Source of the DNA: Parcubacteria group bacterium
GTDB lineage: Bacteria > Patescibacteriota > Minisyncoccia > Phycocordibacterales > Phycocordibacteraceae
Direction of reading: 5' to 3'
DNA length: 57,298 nucleotides
NCBI GenBank assembly: GCA_028286945.1
Contig: JAQBQR010000020.1
Span: 1 to 57,298, forward strand
Under the pieces are notes generated by a model. The model was not told the origin of the DNA. It ran no database searches and saw only the letters and a program-made list of their open reading frames with translations. Shown piece by piece: positions 33,066 to 42,294 of this stretch (positions are counted from its first letter, which is position 1; each line of letters opens with the position of its first letter). Both the position numbers and the translations under genes were made by a program.

Positions 33066-33932
33066 ATGGAAACTCCTCGAACCGTCGTTTTATATCACGG
33101 CAACTGTCCCGACGGTTTTGGCGGCGCCTACGCTGCCTGGAAGAAGTTCGGCGATACCGCAGAATACTATGCGCTTTCACGTACTACTCCGGGTCCTGAG
33201 TCATTTCATGGCGCAACGCTCTACTTCATTGATTTTTGCTATCCAAAGGAATTGATGGACACCTACATCGCCGAGGCAGGACATCTCGTAATGCTCGACC
33301 ATCACAAAGGAATGGAAGATGTAATTGAGGCAATGCCCGAATATGTATATGACATTAATCGTTCAGGCGCATCAATTGCTTGGGAATATTTTCATCCAGG
33401 GGTACCGTTACCAAACCTTCTTCGTTATGTAGAAGATGACGACCTTTTCCGTTTTGCGCTTCCTGACACCAAAGCAGTGCTCGCATACCTCGCCGTACAG
33501 CCCCACACGTTTGAACTCTGGGATGCCATCGCTGTTGATCTGGATAACCCAGAACACTCACCGAAGTTTATGGAGAAGCTCCATACGTACCGTGAATATT
33601 TTGATCTTCTTGTGGAGTACACAGCGTCTCGAGCAAAGCCGGTGTTATTTGAAGGGTATGAAGTGTATTTGGTAACGGTGAATCCACTTAAACCTTTCGT
33701 ATCTGCGGTAGGTTCTGTTTTGCATCATAAGCATCCGCCCTTTTCATTAATGGCACACGCGTTCCCGGGCGGCATGCGCATTTCAATGCGTGGTAATGAT
33801 TCGGTGGACCTTACAAAGATTGCTCAGAAATATGGTGGCAATGGTCACCCAAACTCTGCTGCCTTTTCACTTGATTGGGGCTCACCGCTTCCGTGGACAG
33901 CAATAGAAACAGATGAAACTCCTAGCCATTGA
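33066..33932 (+). CDS. DHH/DHHA1 family phosphoesterase (NrnA-like)
   Basis: VVLYHGNCPDGFGGA, MLDHHKG (the DHH motif) and C-terminal GGNGHPNSAAF (DHHA1 GGGH). Start trimmed to the ATG at 33066, because the track start would read through the upstream terminator. Confidence 0.8.
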   Translation: METPRTVVLYHGNCPDGFGGAYAAWKKFGDTAEYYALSRTTPGPESFHGATLYFIDFCYPKELMDTYIAEAGHLVMLDHHKGMEDVIEAMPEYVYDINRSGASIAWEYFHPGVPLPNLLRYVEDDDLFRFALPDTKAVLAYLAVQPHTFELWDAIAVDLDNPEHSPKFMEKLHTYREYFDLLVEYTASRAKPVLFEGYEVYLVTVNPLKPFVSAVGSVLHHKHPPFSLMAHAFPGGMRISMRGNDSVDLTKIAQKYGGNGHPNSAAFSLDWGSPLPWTAIETDETPSH

Positions 33933-35136
33933 GACCAGCTGCGACGAAACCGCAGTGTGCATACTTGAAGCGAATCTTGAAAATAGCGCTACTGAGGGCA
34001 GTGCTGCCTCCTTTACGGTGTTAGGAAATAAACTTCTTTCGCAGATTGATATTCATAGAGAATACGGGGGGGTGTATCCGATGGTGGCTAAGCGCGAACA
34101 TGCAAAACATCTTTTAAGTCTTACGTATAAAGCTTTAAATGACGCGAGCCTCTTGGACGAAGAGGTGCAAACTCTTTCTCCTAAAATGTACATGGATGTA
34201 GCTGATTTGCTCGTACGCGAAGAAGGAATGGCAACGGAACTGTTGACGTTAGCTGAAACCCTTAATCCACCGGACATTGATGCGATTGCCGTTACGGCAG
34301 GTCCTGGTCTTGAACCAGCTTTATGGGTTGGGGTGAATTTTGCAAAAGCGCTTGCCCTACTTTGGAATAAGCCGATTGTTTCCGTAAACCATATGGAAGG
34401 TCATATCTGCGCAGCACTCGCCAAGATCGAGAGTTCGTTTACACAAGAGAATGGAACAACAGCCCAAGAGCTTTCTATACCTAAGATTGAACTTCCTCTT
34501 CTCTCTCTGCTCATCTCAGGCGGACACACGGAACTTGTAGTCTCACGCGCCTGGGGAGAATTTGAACTTATTGGAGCAACACGTGACGACGCTGTGGGAG
34601 AAGCCTTTGATAAAGTAGCGCGCATGCTAGGACTTCCGTATCCTGGAGGACCTGAAGTTTCAAAACTTGCCGAGCTCGCTCGCGAGCTCGGCCTTTCCGA
34701 AGAGTCCCCGCTTCCCCGTCCGATGATTCACGAACAGCACTGCGATTTCTCCTTCAGTGGTCTCAAGACTTCTGTTTTGTATCGTGTAAAAGACCTTGAA
34801 TTAACGGAAGAAAAGAAACAATCCATCGCCCGCGAATTTGAAGACGCCGCAGCAGATGTGCTCTACGCAAAAACAAAACGCGCTATCGAAGAGACTGGTG
34901 CTATGACCGTAGCGCTTGGCGGTGGTGTATCGGCAAACACGCACATCAAGCGTGTCTTCGCAAAACGACTCGCTGAAGATTTTCCTGACATTACGCTCGC
35001 CATTCCTGCGCCCATACTCACCACCGACAATGCCATCATGATTGGACTTGCTGGCTTTTACCATGCGGAACGCTCTGATTTCACCGACCCAGACGTGCTG
35101 CGTGCTGACGGAAATCGCAAACTTGCACCGAAGTAA
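33913..35136 (+). CDS. tsaD: tRNA N6-adenosine threonylcarbamoyltransferase
   Basis: LLAIETSCDETAVCILE, HMEGH, LISGGHTELV, GEAFDKVARMLGLPYPGGP, SFSGLKT and GGGVSAN. Confidence 0.93.
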   Translation: MKLLAIETSCDETAVCILEANLENSATEGSAASFTVLGNKLLSQIDIHREYGGVYPMVAKREHAKHLLSLTYKALNDASLLDEEVQTLSPKMYMDVADLLVREEGMATELLTLAETLNPPDIDAIAVTAGPGLEPALWVGVNFAKALALLWNKPIVSVNHMEGHICAALAKIESSFTQENGTTAQELSIPKIELPLLSLLISGGHTELVVSRAWGEFELIGATRDDAVGEAFDKVARMLGLPYPGGPEVSKLAELARELGLSEESPLPRPMIHEQHCDFSFSGLKTSVLYRVKDLELTEEKKQSIAREFEDAAADVLYAKTKRAIEETGAMTVALGGGVSANTHIKRVFAKRLAEDFPDITLAIPAPILTTDNAIMIGLAGFYHAERSDFTDPDVLRADGNRKLAPK

Positions 35137-35191
35137 CCGACCTGCTTCGAAGAAGCATCTACGGCCTATATTTGCTATAGTCTAAAGATAT

Positions 35192-37336
35192 ATGGACGAT
35201 AAATTCCTCAAACCATACGATCCCGCCTCCACCGAAACCCGCATCTATGAAATGTGGGAGGAGAGCGGTTTTTTTAATCCAGACAATCTTCCTGAGGAAC
35301 TCACCGCTCAGAACGGCAAGCCGTTCACCATTGTCATGCCTCCGCCAAACGCGAACGGTAATCTGCACGTGGGACATGCGCTCGGCATGACCATGGAAGA
35401 CATCATGACTCGAGTAAAGCGTATGCAGGGATACCGTGCACTATGGCTTCCTGGTGCTGATCACGCAGGTTTTGAAACTCAAGTGGTGTACGAAAAGAAA
35501 CTTGAGAAAGAAGGCCGTTCGCGTTTTGGCATGGACCCACAAGAACTGTATAAAGAGATTCTTGCCTTTACGCTTGAGAACAAAGCGAACATGGAAAACC
35601 AAGTTCGCTCACTCGGAGCATCCTGTGACTGGACGCGTGAGAAGTTTACCCTCGATCCCGACGTTGTAGCAGAAGTGCAGCGCACGTTCGTACGTATGTT
35701 TGAAGACGGATTAATTTACCGCGGAAAGCGTACGGTGAACTGGTGTTCAAAGCATCAAACTTCCCTTTCAGATGTTGAGACGGAAAGCGTTGAGGAGACG
35801 ACTCCTTTCTATACCTTTAAGTACGGACCATTTGATATTGGTACGGTTCGTCCCGAAACAAAGTTCGGAGATAAGTATGTGGTTATGCATCCGGATGATG
35901 CGCGATATGCAGAGTACAAGCATGGCGACACCTTTGATCTTGAATGGATAAATGGCCCCATCACCGCAACCGTTATTAAAGACGAGTCCGTTGATCCTGC
36001 ATTTGGTACGGGCGTTATGACCATTACACCCTGGCACAGTCAGGTGGACTTTGAAATTGCAAAACGCCATAACCTGGACATTGAGCAAATCATCGACTGG
36101 CGCGGAAAGCTTCTTCCCATCGCTGGTGAATTTGAAGGCGTGAAGATTATTGAGGCACGACCAAAGATTGTAGAGAAGCTGGCAGCAAAAGGTCTTCTTG
36201 TTTCAACAGATGCGGCATACAAAAACATCGTGAAGCGTTGCTACAAATGCAGCACCATAATTGAGCCGCAGGTGAAAGACCAGTGGTTTGTGAAAATGGC
36301 GCCGCTCGCACAGAGCGCACTTGAATCAGTTAACGCAGGCGAAACACGCTTCATTCCTGAACACGAAGAAAAGGTATTCCGTTACTGGATGGAGAATGCG
36401 CTTGATTGGAATATCTCACGACAGATAGTTTGGGGTATTCCTATTCCTGCCTGGTTTAAAGGAGAAGAAGTTATGGCAAGCCTTGAGTCACCCGGCGAAG
36501 GCTGGGAAATGGATACGGACACCTTTGATACATGGTTCTCATCCGGACAGTGGCCGCTCATCATGAGCGGATATCCTGATGGAAAAGATTACGCGCAGTA
36601 TTACTCTACGGACGTTATGGAGACAGGTCGTGACCTTGTTTTTAAATGGATTCCCCGCATGGTCATCTTCGGTCTGTATCTTGGAAAGAAATCTCCTTTC
36701 CATACGGTATATCTCCACGGCATGGTTAATGACGCACAGGGAAAGAAAATGTCTAAATCTAAAGGCAACGTTATTAATCCCCTCGACCTTACCGCAAAGT
36801 ACGGAACTGATGCACTTCGTATTTCACTGGTGATTGGAAATACACCGGGCACTGATCTTGCTATGCGCGAAGACAAAGTTAAGGGATATAAGAACTTCGC
36901 AAATAAGATCTGGAATATTACCCGCTTTATTCTAGAGAATACCCAAGATGCAGATTTAGAGGCGGCTCGTACTTCTGATGATCAGTCCATGCGTGACGAA
37001 CTCGATACAGTCATTGCAGACATTACGAAAGATATGGATGAGTACCGTATTTACATGGCTGCTGAAAAGATATACCACTACGTCTGGGATCGCCTTGCCT
37101 CTGAGATCCTTGAAGATTCAAAGAAGGTCTTTGCTGCGGAAGATGAAGAGGCTAAAGCATCGCGCAAAGCGCTTCTCCGTTCTCTTCTTCGCGACGCACT
37201 CACCATCCTTCATCCGTTCATGCCGTTCGTAACTGAGGAAATCTGGCAGTCTTTGCCCGAAACTCGAGGTATGCTAATGGTATCGCCGTGGCCGCAGGTT
37301 TCTGCTGCTGCAACTGATACCACACATGCACCTTGA
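35192..37336 (+). CDS. valS: Valine--tRNA ligase (short form, no C-terminal coiled coil)
   Basis: PPPNANGNLHVGHAL (HIGH), WLPGADHAGFETQ, KMSKSKGN (KMSKS) and the editing-domain TGVMTITPWH. The protein ends about 35 aa after HPFMPFVTEEIWQ. Confidence 0.9.
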   Translation: MDDKFLKPYDPASTETRIYEMWEESGFFNPDNLPEELTAQNGKPFTIVMPPPNANGNLHVGHALGMTMEDIMTRVKRMQGYRALWLPGADHAGFETQVVYEKKLEKEGRSRFGMDPQELYKEILAFTLENKANMENQVRSLGASCDWTREKFTLDPDVVAEVQRTFVRMFEDGLIYRGKRTVNWCSKHQTSLSDVETESVEETTPFYTFKYGPFDIGTVRPETKFGDKYVVMHPDDARYAEYKHGDTFDLEWINGPITATVIKDESVDPAFGTGVMTITPWHSQVDFEIAKRHNLDIEQIIDWRGKLLPIAGEFEGVKIIEARPKIVEKLAAKGLLVSTDAAYKNIVKRCYKCSTIIEPQVKDQWFVKMAPLAQSALESVNAGETRFIPEHEEKVFRYWMENALDWNISRQIVWGIPIPAWFKGEEVMASLESPGEGWEMDTDTFDTWFSSGQWPLIMSGYPDGKDYAQYYSTDVMETGRDLVFKWIPRMVIFGLYLGKKSPFHTVYLHGMVNDAQGKKMSKSKGNVINPLDLTAKYGTDALRISLVIGNTPGTDLAMREDKVKGYKNFANKIWNITRFILENTQDADLEAARTSDDQSMRDELDTVIADITKDMDEYRIYMAAEKIYHYVWDRLASEILEDSKKVFAAEDEEAKASRKALLRSLLRDALTILHPFMPFVTEEIWQSLPETRGMLMVSPWPQVSAAATDTTHAP

Positions 37337-38084
37337 TTCTTCAACGCTACAAACTATTGGGTACGCATTTATAGGCGGGCTTATGCCCGCCTTAGTGTGG
37401 CTCTACTTTTTGCTTAAGGAAGATTACCGTCATCCTGAGCCACGTTCTATATTGTTCTTAGCATTTATTGCCGGAATGATTGCGGTGCCCATTGCCGTAC
37501 CCCTTGAAGCGGTGGTACGTGACTATCTGTATTCCACTTTACATACCTGTTCACCGTATCTTCCGCTGTGTCTTCCTATCATCGCGAGCTGGGCAGTTCT
37601 TGAAGAGGTTCTTAAATACGGTATGTGTGCTGCATTCATTCTTTGGCGCAAAGATGTTGATGAGCCGATTGATCTTGTTATTTACATGCTCACGACAGCG
37701 CTTGGATTCGCCGCGCTTGAAAATGCGCTCTTCCTCATTGAGCCGCTGACGGCTCACAATTTCCTTTCGGCGCTCGCAACAGATAATCTGCGTTTCGTGG
37801 GCTCAACGCTCCTTCATATTATTGCGTCGAGCATCATTGGTTTTGCACTCGCACTCGCGCATCGCATGCCGCCTGCGTCGCGCGCATTCATTTCTTCATG
37901 CGGACTTATCCTCGCCATTTCGTTGCACACGACCTTTAACTTCCTTATAATTCCACGAGGCGACACGCATAGCATCCTCGGCGCATTCTTATTCGTCTGG
38001 AGTGGTGCCGTCATCTTCTTCGGCCTATTTGAAGTGTTAAAATACTTCGAGTACAGAGCCCCAGAAACTCCGTATACTTTTTAA
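37326..38084 (+). CDS. PrsW-family intramembrane metalloprotease
   Basis: Multi-TM protein with EEVLKYG, FAALENALF and a later H....S pattern typical of PrsW. Confidence 0.7.
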   Translation: MHLDSSTLQTIGYAFIGGLMPALVWLYFLLKEDYRHPEPRSILFLAFIAGMIAVPIAVPLEAVVRDYLYSTLHTCSPYLPLCLPIIASWAVLEEVLKYGMCAAFILWRKDVDEPIDLVIYMLTTALGFAALENALFLIEPLTAHNFLSALATDNLRFVGSTLLHIIASSIIGFALALAHRMPPASRAFISSCGLILAISLHTTFNFLIIPRGDTHSILGAFLFVWSGAVIFFGLFEVLKYFEYRAPETPYTF

Positions 38085-38099
38085 CTTCGCATTACAACC

Positions 38100-38618
38100 A
38101 TGAAAAAACGATCCTTCTTCGAACGTCTCTCCGGCTCCGTACCGGTGAACGACGACTACGACGCCTTTGAGGAAGACTTGCCGGTTCAGCGCCGTCAGGC
38201 CTTGCCTGCAGTACAGGCTACGTCCGCTGCACCCGCACAGTCTCCCCACCCTCAGACTGCGTTCATGCATGAAGACGATGAGCCTGCAGAAGGTCAGCTT
38301 CCGGTAGACGTATATCAGACACCAAGCGAAATTGTTATTCGCACGTTCATCGCTGGCGTACGTCCTGACGAAATTAATCTTTCTATCAGCCGCGACATGG
38401 TGGTGATTGAAGGCTCTCGTGCAGAACGCGAAACCATCGCTGATACGGAATATTTTAATCGTGAACTTTTCTGGGGCTCATTCTCACGCACCATCCTACT
38501 CCCTCAGGAAGTAGACGTTGAGAACTCTTCAGCGAGCGCAAAGGATGGTCTCCTCACTCTCATCCTTCCAAAGCTTGATAAGGCGCGTCAGACAAAGCTT
38601 CGAGTGAAGGCGGGATAA
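38100..38618 (+). CDS. Hsp20/alpha-crystallin small heat-shock protein
   Basis: PVDVYQTPSEIVIRTFIAGVRPDEINLSI...FSRTILLPQEVDVENSSASAKDGLLTLILPK. Confidence 0.88.
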   Translation: MKKRSFFERLSGSVPVNDDYDAFEEDLPVQRRQALPAVQATSAAPAQSPHPQTAFMHEDDEPAEGQLPVDVYQTPSEIVIRTFIAGVRPDEINLSISRDMVVIEGSRAERETIADTEYFNRELFWGSFSRTILLPQEVDVENSSASAKDGLLTLILPKLDKARQTKLRVKAG

Positions 38619-38657
38619 ACTTCCCCCAACAAAACCTTTTAGGAAAGCCTCTAGGAG

Positions 38658-39743
38658 TTAGAGGCTTTCTTCGTGTAATGCAGGGTCAGCCGATACATTC
38701 ACTACTTTGAAATCAAACTTTCCGATGGTCTGACCGTTGAATGTTTTAACCAGTACGCGCCACGTTCCGGGCTCAGGGTCACTGGTGAGCGAATACCCGC
38801 GATACCCTGCCTCACGCCCTCCTGAGAGCGTAAACGCCACGGTGGACTTCGTTACCCATGCGCTTGTGGAATCATCGTATCGTTGCCATTCGTGAACAAC
38901 GCTCGTACTAAAAGCTCCCGGTGCAAATATGGCACTGTACGCATAGAGTGGTGTACCTGGCACATGATGGACCACTTCTTTGCGCGGGTCGTACCAGTGC
39001 TTAGGTGTCTCTCCCAGCACTACGTACGCATTCCCTTCGTGGGTGATTGAGTGATACACGCCACCATCCGTAAGGGTAAGCGGGAGCGGCGGAATGACGT
39101 CAGTGAAATATGCAGTGACGATGGCCACTGTAAGTGCAATGCAGCACACCACGATGTGCTTAAGGGTGCTTCGTAGACGTTCCCATCCGAGCATGGCAAG
39201 AAGGCCCAAAAAGGCAGCGAATACCAGGACACTGAGCACTGTGCTTTCAATAAATATCTTTTCACTTAGTGCGCCGAGATATACCGGAAGCGCAAAAATG
39301 GCGAGCGAATATAATGAGAAATAAAGAAGTGTTGTTTGGAATACCAAGTGCTCACGGTAGTCACGGAATAATTCATTGCCGAAGAAAATGAATGCAAGGA
39401 GTATCAGAAATGGCCAAGAGACTGAAAGCACCGAACTCTTTGTATAAAAGACGACGAAGCCAGCAAGAAGTCCGCCGATGGTTAGCTGGGCGAAAAGCGG
39501 CGCGATGATAGCGACTGCGTTCATCACCTTGCCACCTGGCCTCGCAGCGGCCAGGTGGGCGAATACCATGCACAATGCTGCAAACCCGAGGTACACCTCA
39601 AAAATAACAAGCTCTATTGGTAGTGAAAATACACCGAACGTCACAATGTGATCCACGAACCCGAATATAAAGAATGCGAGTGACAGCCATCGTTCGTTAC
39701 GCTTTGCCCAGGCTAACGTACGCGCGAATATCGTAGCTGTCAT
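38658..39743 (-). CDS. Multi-pass membrane protein with a C-terminal beta-rich soluble domain (DUF2914-like)
   Basis: Start trimmed to the ATG at 39743 (MTATIFARTL), because the track N-terminus is the reverse read of tRNA-Phe. The C-terminal VHEWQRYDDSTSAWVTKSTVAFTLSGGREAGYRGYS...GTWRVLVKTFNGQTIGKFDFKV resembles DUF2914, from memory only. Confidence 0.55.
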   Translation of the reverse strand: MTATIFARTLAWAKRNERWLSLAFFIFGFVDHIVTFGVFSLPIELVIFEVYLGFAALCMVFAHLAAARPGGKVMNAVAIIAPLFAQLTIGGLLAGFVVFYTKSSVLSVSWPFLILLAFIFFGNELFRDYREHLVFQTTLLYFSLYSLAIFALPVYLGALSEKIFIESTVLSVLVFAAFLGLLAMLGWERLRSTLKHIVVCCIALTVAIVTAYFTDVIPPLPLTLTDGGVYHSITHEGNAYVVLGETPKHWYDPRKEVVHHVPGTPLYAYSAIFAPGAFSTSVVHEWQRYDDSTSAWVTKSTVAFTLSGGREAGYRGYSLTSDPEPGTWRVLVKTFNGQTIGKFDFKVVNVSADPALHEESL

Positions 39744-39748
39744 ATGTG

Positions 39749-39821
39749 TGCTTGGAGCCGGATTCGAACCGGCGACCCTTCCCTCTTCAGGGGAATGCTC
39801 TACCAACTGAGCTATCCAAGC
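39749..39821 (-). tRNA. tRNA-Phe (anticodon GAA)
   Basis: Reverse complement. Acceptor gcttgga/tccaagc, anticodon stem ttccc/gggaa with loop ctGAAga, T arm gccgg-ttcgaat-ccggc. Confidence 0.9.
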
Positions 39822-39899
39822 AGTACCCGTTTAGGGTATGGCCATCGTACCACATTGACTTCATTTCTTCATCTCCCCAAACACCCTCACGCAAGCCAA

Positions 39900-40208
39900 T
39901 TACTGGCCGGTGCTAGAAGCTGCCTCGTGCTGATAGGTCTTGAGTAACGTCTGTATCTGATCTGCTGAAGGAAGACCAAAAAGGCTCTTAGAATTACCTT
40001 CGCCGCCCGAAACAGGAATAAGCGTATGGAGAAGCGGTCCAAGGAAAATGAATGGAAGAACGAGTACGATGATCCAAAGAAGTAACTTTCCCCAGAATGA
40101 CCATCGCATTGTTCGCTGCAAACTCAGCAAGATTTTATTATTCTCTTGGGTAAGCTCAATGTTGTCTTGAAGAAGCTGTTCGAGACGTGAGTAGTTTTGA
40201 TCATCCAT
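39900..40208 (-). CDS. Hypothetical small membrane protein
   Basis: ORF with one TM helix (WSFWGKLLLWIIVLVLPFIFLGPLL). Confidence 0.45.
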   Translation of the reverse strand: MDDQNYSRLEQLLQDNIELTQENNKILLSLQRTMRWSFWGKLLLWIIVLVLPFIFLGPLLHTLIPVSGGEGNSKSLFGLPSADQIQTLLKTYQHEAASSTGQ

Positions 40209-40213
40209 AGGCG

Positions 40214-40750
40214 TTAGTTCGCTGGAACGATAGTAAACGTAAAGCGATATGAGCTCGGTTCAGGTGCGGAAGTCACATGACGAGCTGGGTCCGCAGATTC
40301 AAAACTGATCTTCGTGCCAGATACGGTGATGGTCTCGCCAAGATGTATGTTCTGAACCGTACTCTGACCATTAGCACTTACCTTGAGGGAAATCGTAACC
40401 GTACCAGCCTGGATACAGTACACCTCTGCAGGACAGCGACTATCCGAAATAACGGAAACGGGACGAACAGATACCGCGTTCTTAAAGCCGGCCACCTGGT
40501 TTAGCGCCAACACCGTAGTTCCATATGGATAGTAGTGAACTACTCCTGTAGATCCTGAGGTTGTGGGGTTAGTAGGAGTTGCGTGTACGGTAGTGCTTGC
40601 AGCCACAGATGACGTTGTCGTCGTGCTCGTTGCAAGTCCGTTTGTTGGGAGAGGGGTCGCGTCTTTGGGGTGAGTAATAATAAGTCCAACGGCGATGATG
40701 AGCACAATGCCCAGGATTGTACCTGGGAAAATAAATTCTTTCTTATCCAT
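40214..40750 (-). CDS. Hypothetical membrane-anchored protein with a Thr/Ser-rich linker
   Basis: TM anchor GTILGIVLIIAVGLII, then a TTTTSSVAASTT linker and a 2-Cys beta-rich domain. Confidence 0.5.
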   Translation of the reverse strand: MDKKEFIFPGTILGIVLIIAVGLIITHPKDATPLPTNGLATSTTTTSSVAASTTVHATPTNPTTSGSTGVVHYYPYGTTVLALNQVAGFKNAVSVRPVSVISDSRCPAEVYCIQAGTVTISLKVSANGQSTVQNIHLGETITVSGTKISFESADPARHVTSAPEPSSYRFTFTIVPAN

Positions 40751-40848
40751 ATATACAGTATACCTGGCATCTCAGGCCCGTAAAATAAGGGTTGGGGAGG
40801 GCCAGTACCACCTTGAATGAACTCACTAATGCGCGGTATACTTTCGGC

Positions 40849-41442
40849 ATGAACAAAACTTCTTATATCGTTGCCGGCATTATTGTGGTTCTCGTTGGAA
40901 TTGGACTGTTTTTTGGAATGAAACATTCGAATACCACTCCCACTCCAGATCCTATGGCATCTAGCACAACGGTTCTCCTTCCACCTGCACCAGGCGTGAA
41001 AGTTCCCGTGACAGCAGACGGAGCAGTGAGCACCTCTTCAGCTCCGCACGTAACCATTACGCCTGTTGCTAGTGGCAGGACATTCTCAGACAAAAACTGG
41101 TCCATTAGCTTTATGCTTCTTCCTGAGTGGAACATAACGCCTATTAATGGTTCTAAGAATACGCTTCATCAGCTTCAGCTTGCAAGCAGTAAGAATGTGG
41201 TCTTCGTAAGTAAGGACGAAAACATCGCAGTATCTGGTAGCCTAACCTACACCACTGCCACCCGCACCATCGCAGGACAGAGCGTCCAGGTTCGGACATA
41301 TTCTAACGTTGAATCTCCATTCAAGTATTACCAAATGTTCTCACTCAAGGAATCTGACGGTACGTACTCATTTCTCTTGAAGAGCGCCACTTCAAACACG
41401 AACGTACTTGACGCATTCATCGCATCTATTGCGAAGAAGTAA
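40849..41442 (+). CDS. Hypothetical membrane-anchored protein
   Basis: Start at the ATG at 40849 (MNKTSYIVAGIIVVLVGIGLFFG). Confidence 0.5.
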   Translation: MNKTSYIVAGIIVVLVGIGLFFGMKHSNTTPTPDPMASSTTVLLPPAPGVKVPVTADGAVSTSSAPHVTITPVASGRTFSDKNWSISFMLLPEWNITPINGSKNTLHQLQLASSKNVVFVSKDENIAVSGSLTYTTATRTIAGQSVQVRTYSNVESPFKYYQMFSLKESDGTYSFLLKSATSNTNVLDAFIASIAKK

Positions 41443-41457
41443 TACCGAACCTGATGG

Positions 41458-41529
41458 TGCCTTCGGAAGGAATCGAACCTACATCGTCTCGTTAGGAGTG
41501 AGATGCTCTATCCATTGAGCTACGAAGGC
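41458..41529 (-). tRNA. tRNA-Arg (anticodon CCU). CCA appears genomically encoded (41455-41457).
   Basis: Reverse complement. Acceptor gccttcg/cgaaggc, D arm gctc-aatggat-agagc, anticodon loop ctCCTaa. There is one A-C mismatch at the base of the anticodon stem. Confidence 0.8.
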
Positions 41530-41560
41530 ATGCGAGAATCAAACAAAGGTAGAGTAGCAC

Positions 41561-41591
41561 AAAAGGCCCCCTCCGCAGGAGGGGGCCTTTT
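41561..41591. terminator. Strong hairpin terminator
   Basis: aaaaggccccctcc-gca-ggagggggcctttt. Confidence 0.8.
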
Positions 41592-41603
41592 GCTTACCTG
41601 CAC

Positions 41604-41843
41604 TTATGCGGGCAATCCCACGAGTGCCGCGATCTTTTCCTTATCGAAGCCGACGATAACTTCACCGTCGATATCAAAGACCGGTACGGCCATTCCGCCA
41701 CTCTTCTGTGTCATTTCCTGACGCTTTTCGAGGTCAGTCTGAACGTTATAGTCCGTAAAAGGAACGTTGTTTTCCGTAAACCAGTCCTTCGCCATATGGC
41801 AGAAGTGACAGGTCGGGGTGCTGTAGATGGTGATCTTTGCCAT
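41604..41843 (-). CDS. Glutaredoxin-like protein (NrdH/YruB-like)
   Basis: 79 aa. KITIYSTPTCHFCHMAKDWF carries a CxxC in thioredoxin-fold context. Confidence 0.8.
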   Translation of the reverse strand: MAKITIYSTPTCHFCHMAKDWFTENNVPFTDYNVQTDLEKRQEMTQKSGGMAVPVFDIDGEVIVGFDKEKIAALVGLPA

Positions 41844-41884
41844 ATCGTATATGTTAGAGCATTAGTATATCACTTTCGAAATTC

Positions 41885-42247
41885 CTAATGGATGTGGAAA
41901 AAGTCCTTCACTTTGTCCCAAAATGTTGGTGCAGGCGGAGGTGCCACATCTTTCTTTGGCACAACAATGATCACCTCTTCACCTGGCTTTGCGACTCCAA
42001 ATGTCTCACGCATTGAGGCTTCCTGGCCGCGTTCGGTGTCGAGCTCGTGAACCGTCGCAGAAAGCGTTGCTTTTCGTGCATCAAGCGCGGCAAGCTGTGC
42101 GCGGGTGTCAGCCACCGTCAGACGAGCGGTCTGTTCTTTATGAAAAATACTTACTACCAGAAACCCTAGCCACACCACAAGGATGCAGAGAAAAACGGAG
42201 ATACCCATCTCGCGAGGTGTCATCCGTGCTTTCTTGCGTCGCGCCAT
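41885..42247 (-). CDS. Septum formation initiator (FtsB/DivIC-like)
   Basis: Short cytoplasmic tail, one TM helix, a coiled coil (TARLTVADTRAQLAALDARKATLSATVHELD) and FGVAKPGEEVIIV. Confidence 0.65.
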   Translation of the reverse strand: MARRKKARMTPREMGISVFLCILVVWLGFLVVSIFHKEQTARLTVADTRAQLAALDARKATLSATVHELDTERGQEASMRETFGVAKPGEEVIIVVPKKDVAPPPAPTFWDKVKDFFHIH

Positions 42248-42294
42248 ATTCTCTAACTATACCAAACCACCGGAGATACTTTCACTTAGAAATC

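Noticed and set aside
39744-39806. N-terminal 21 residues of track ORF 38658-39806 (MVEHSPEEGRVAGSNPAPSTH).
   Set aside because: This is the reverse read of tRNA-Phe. The real start is the ATG at 39743.
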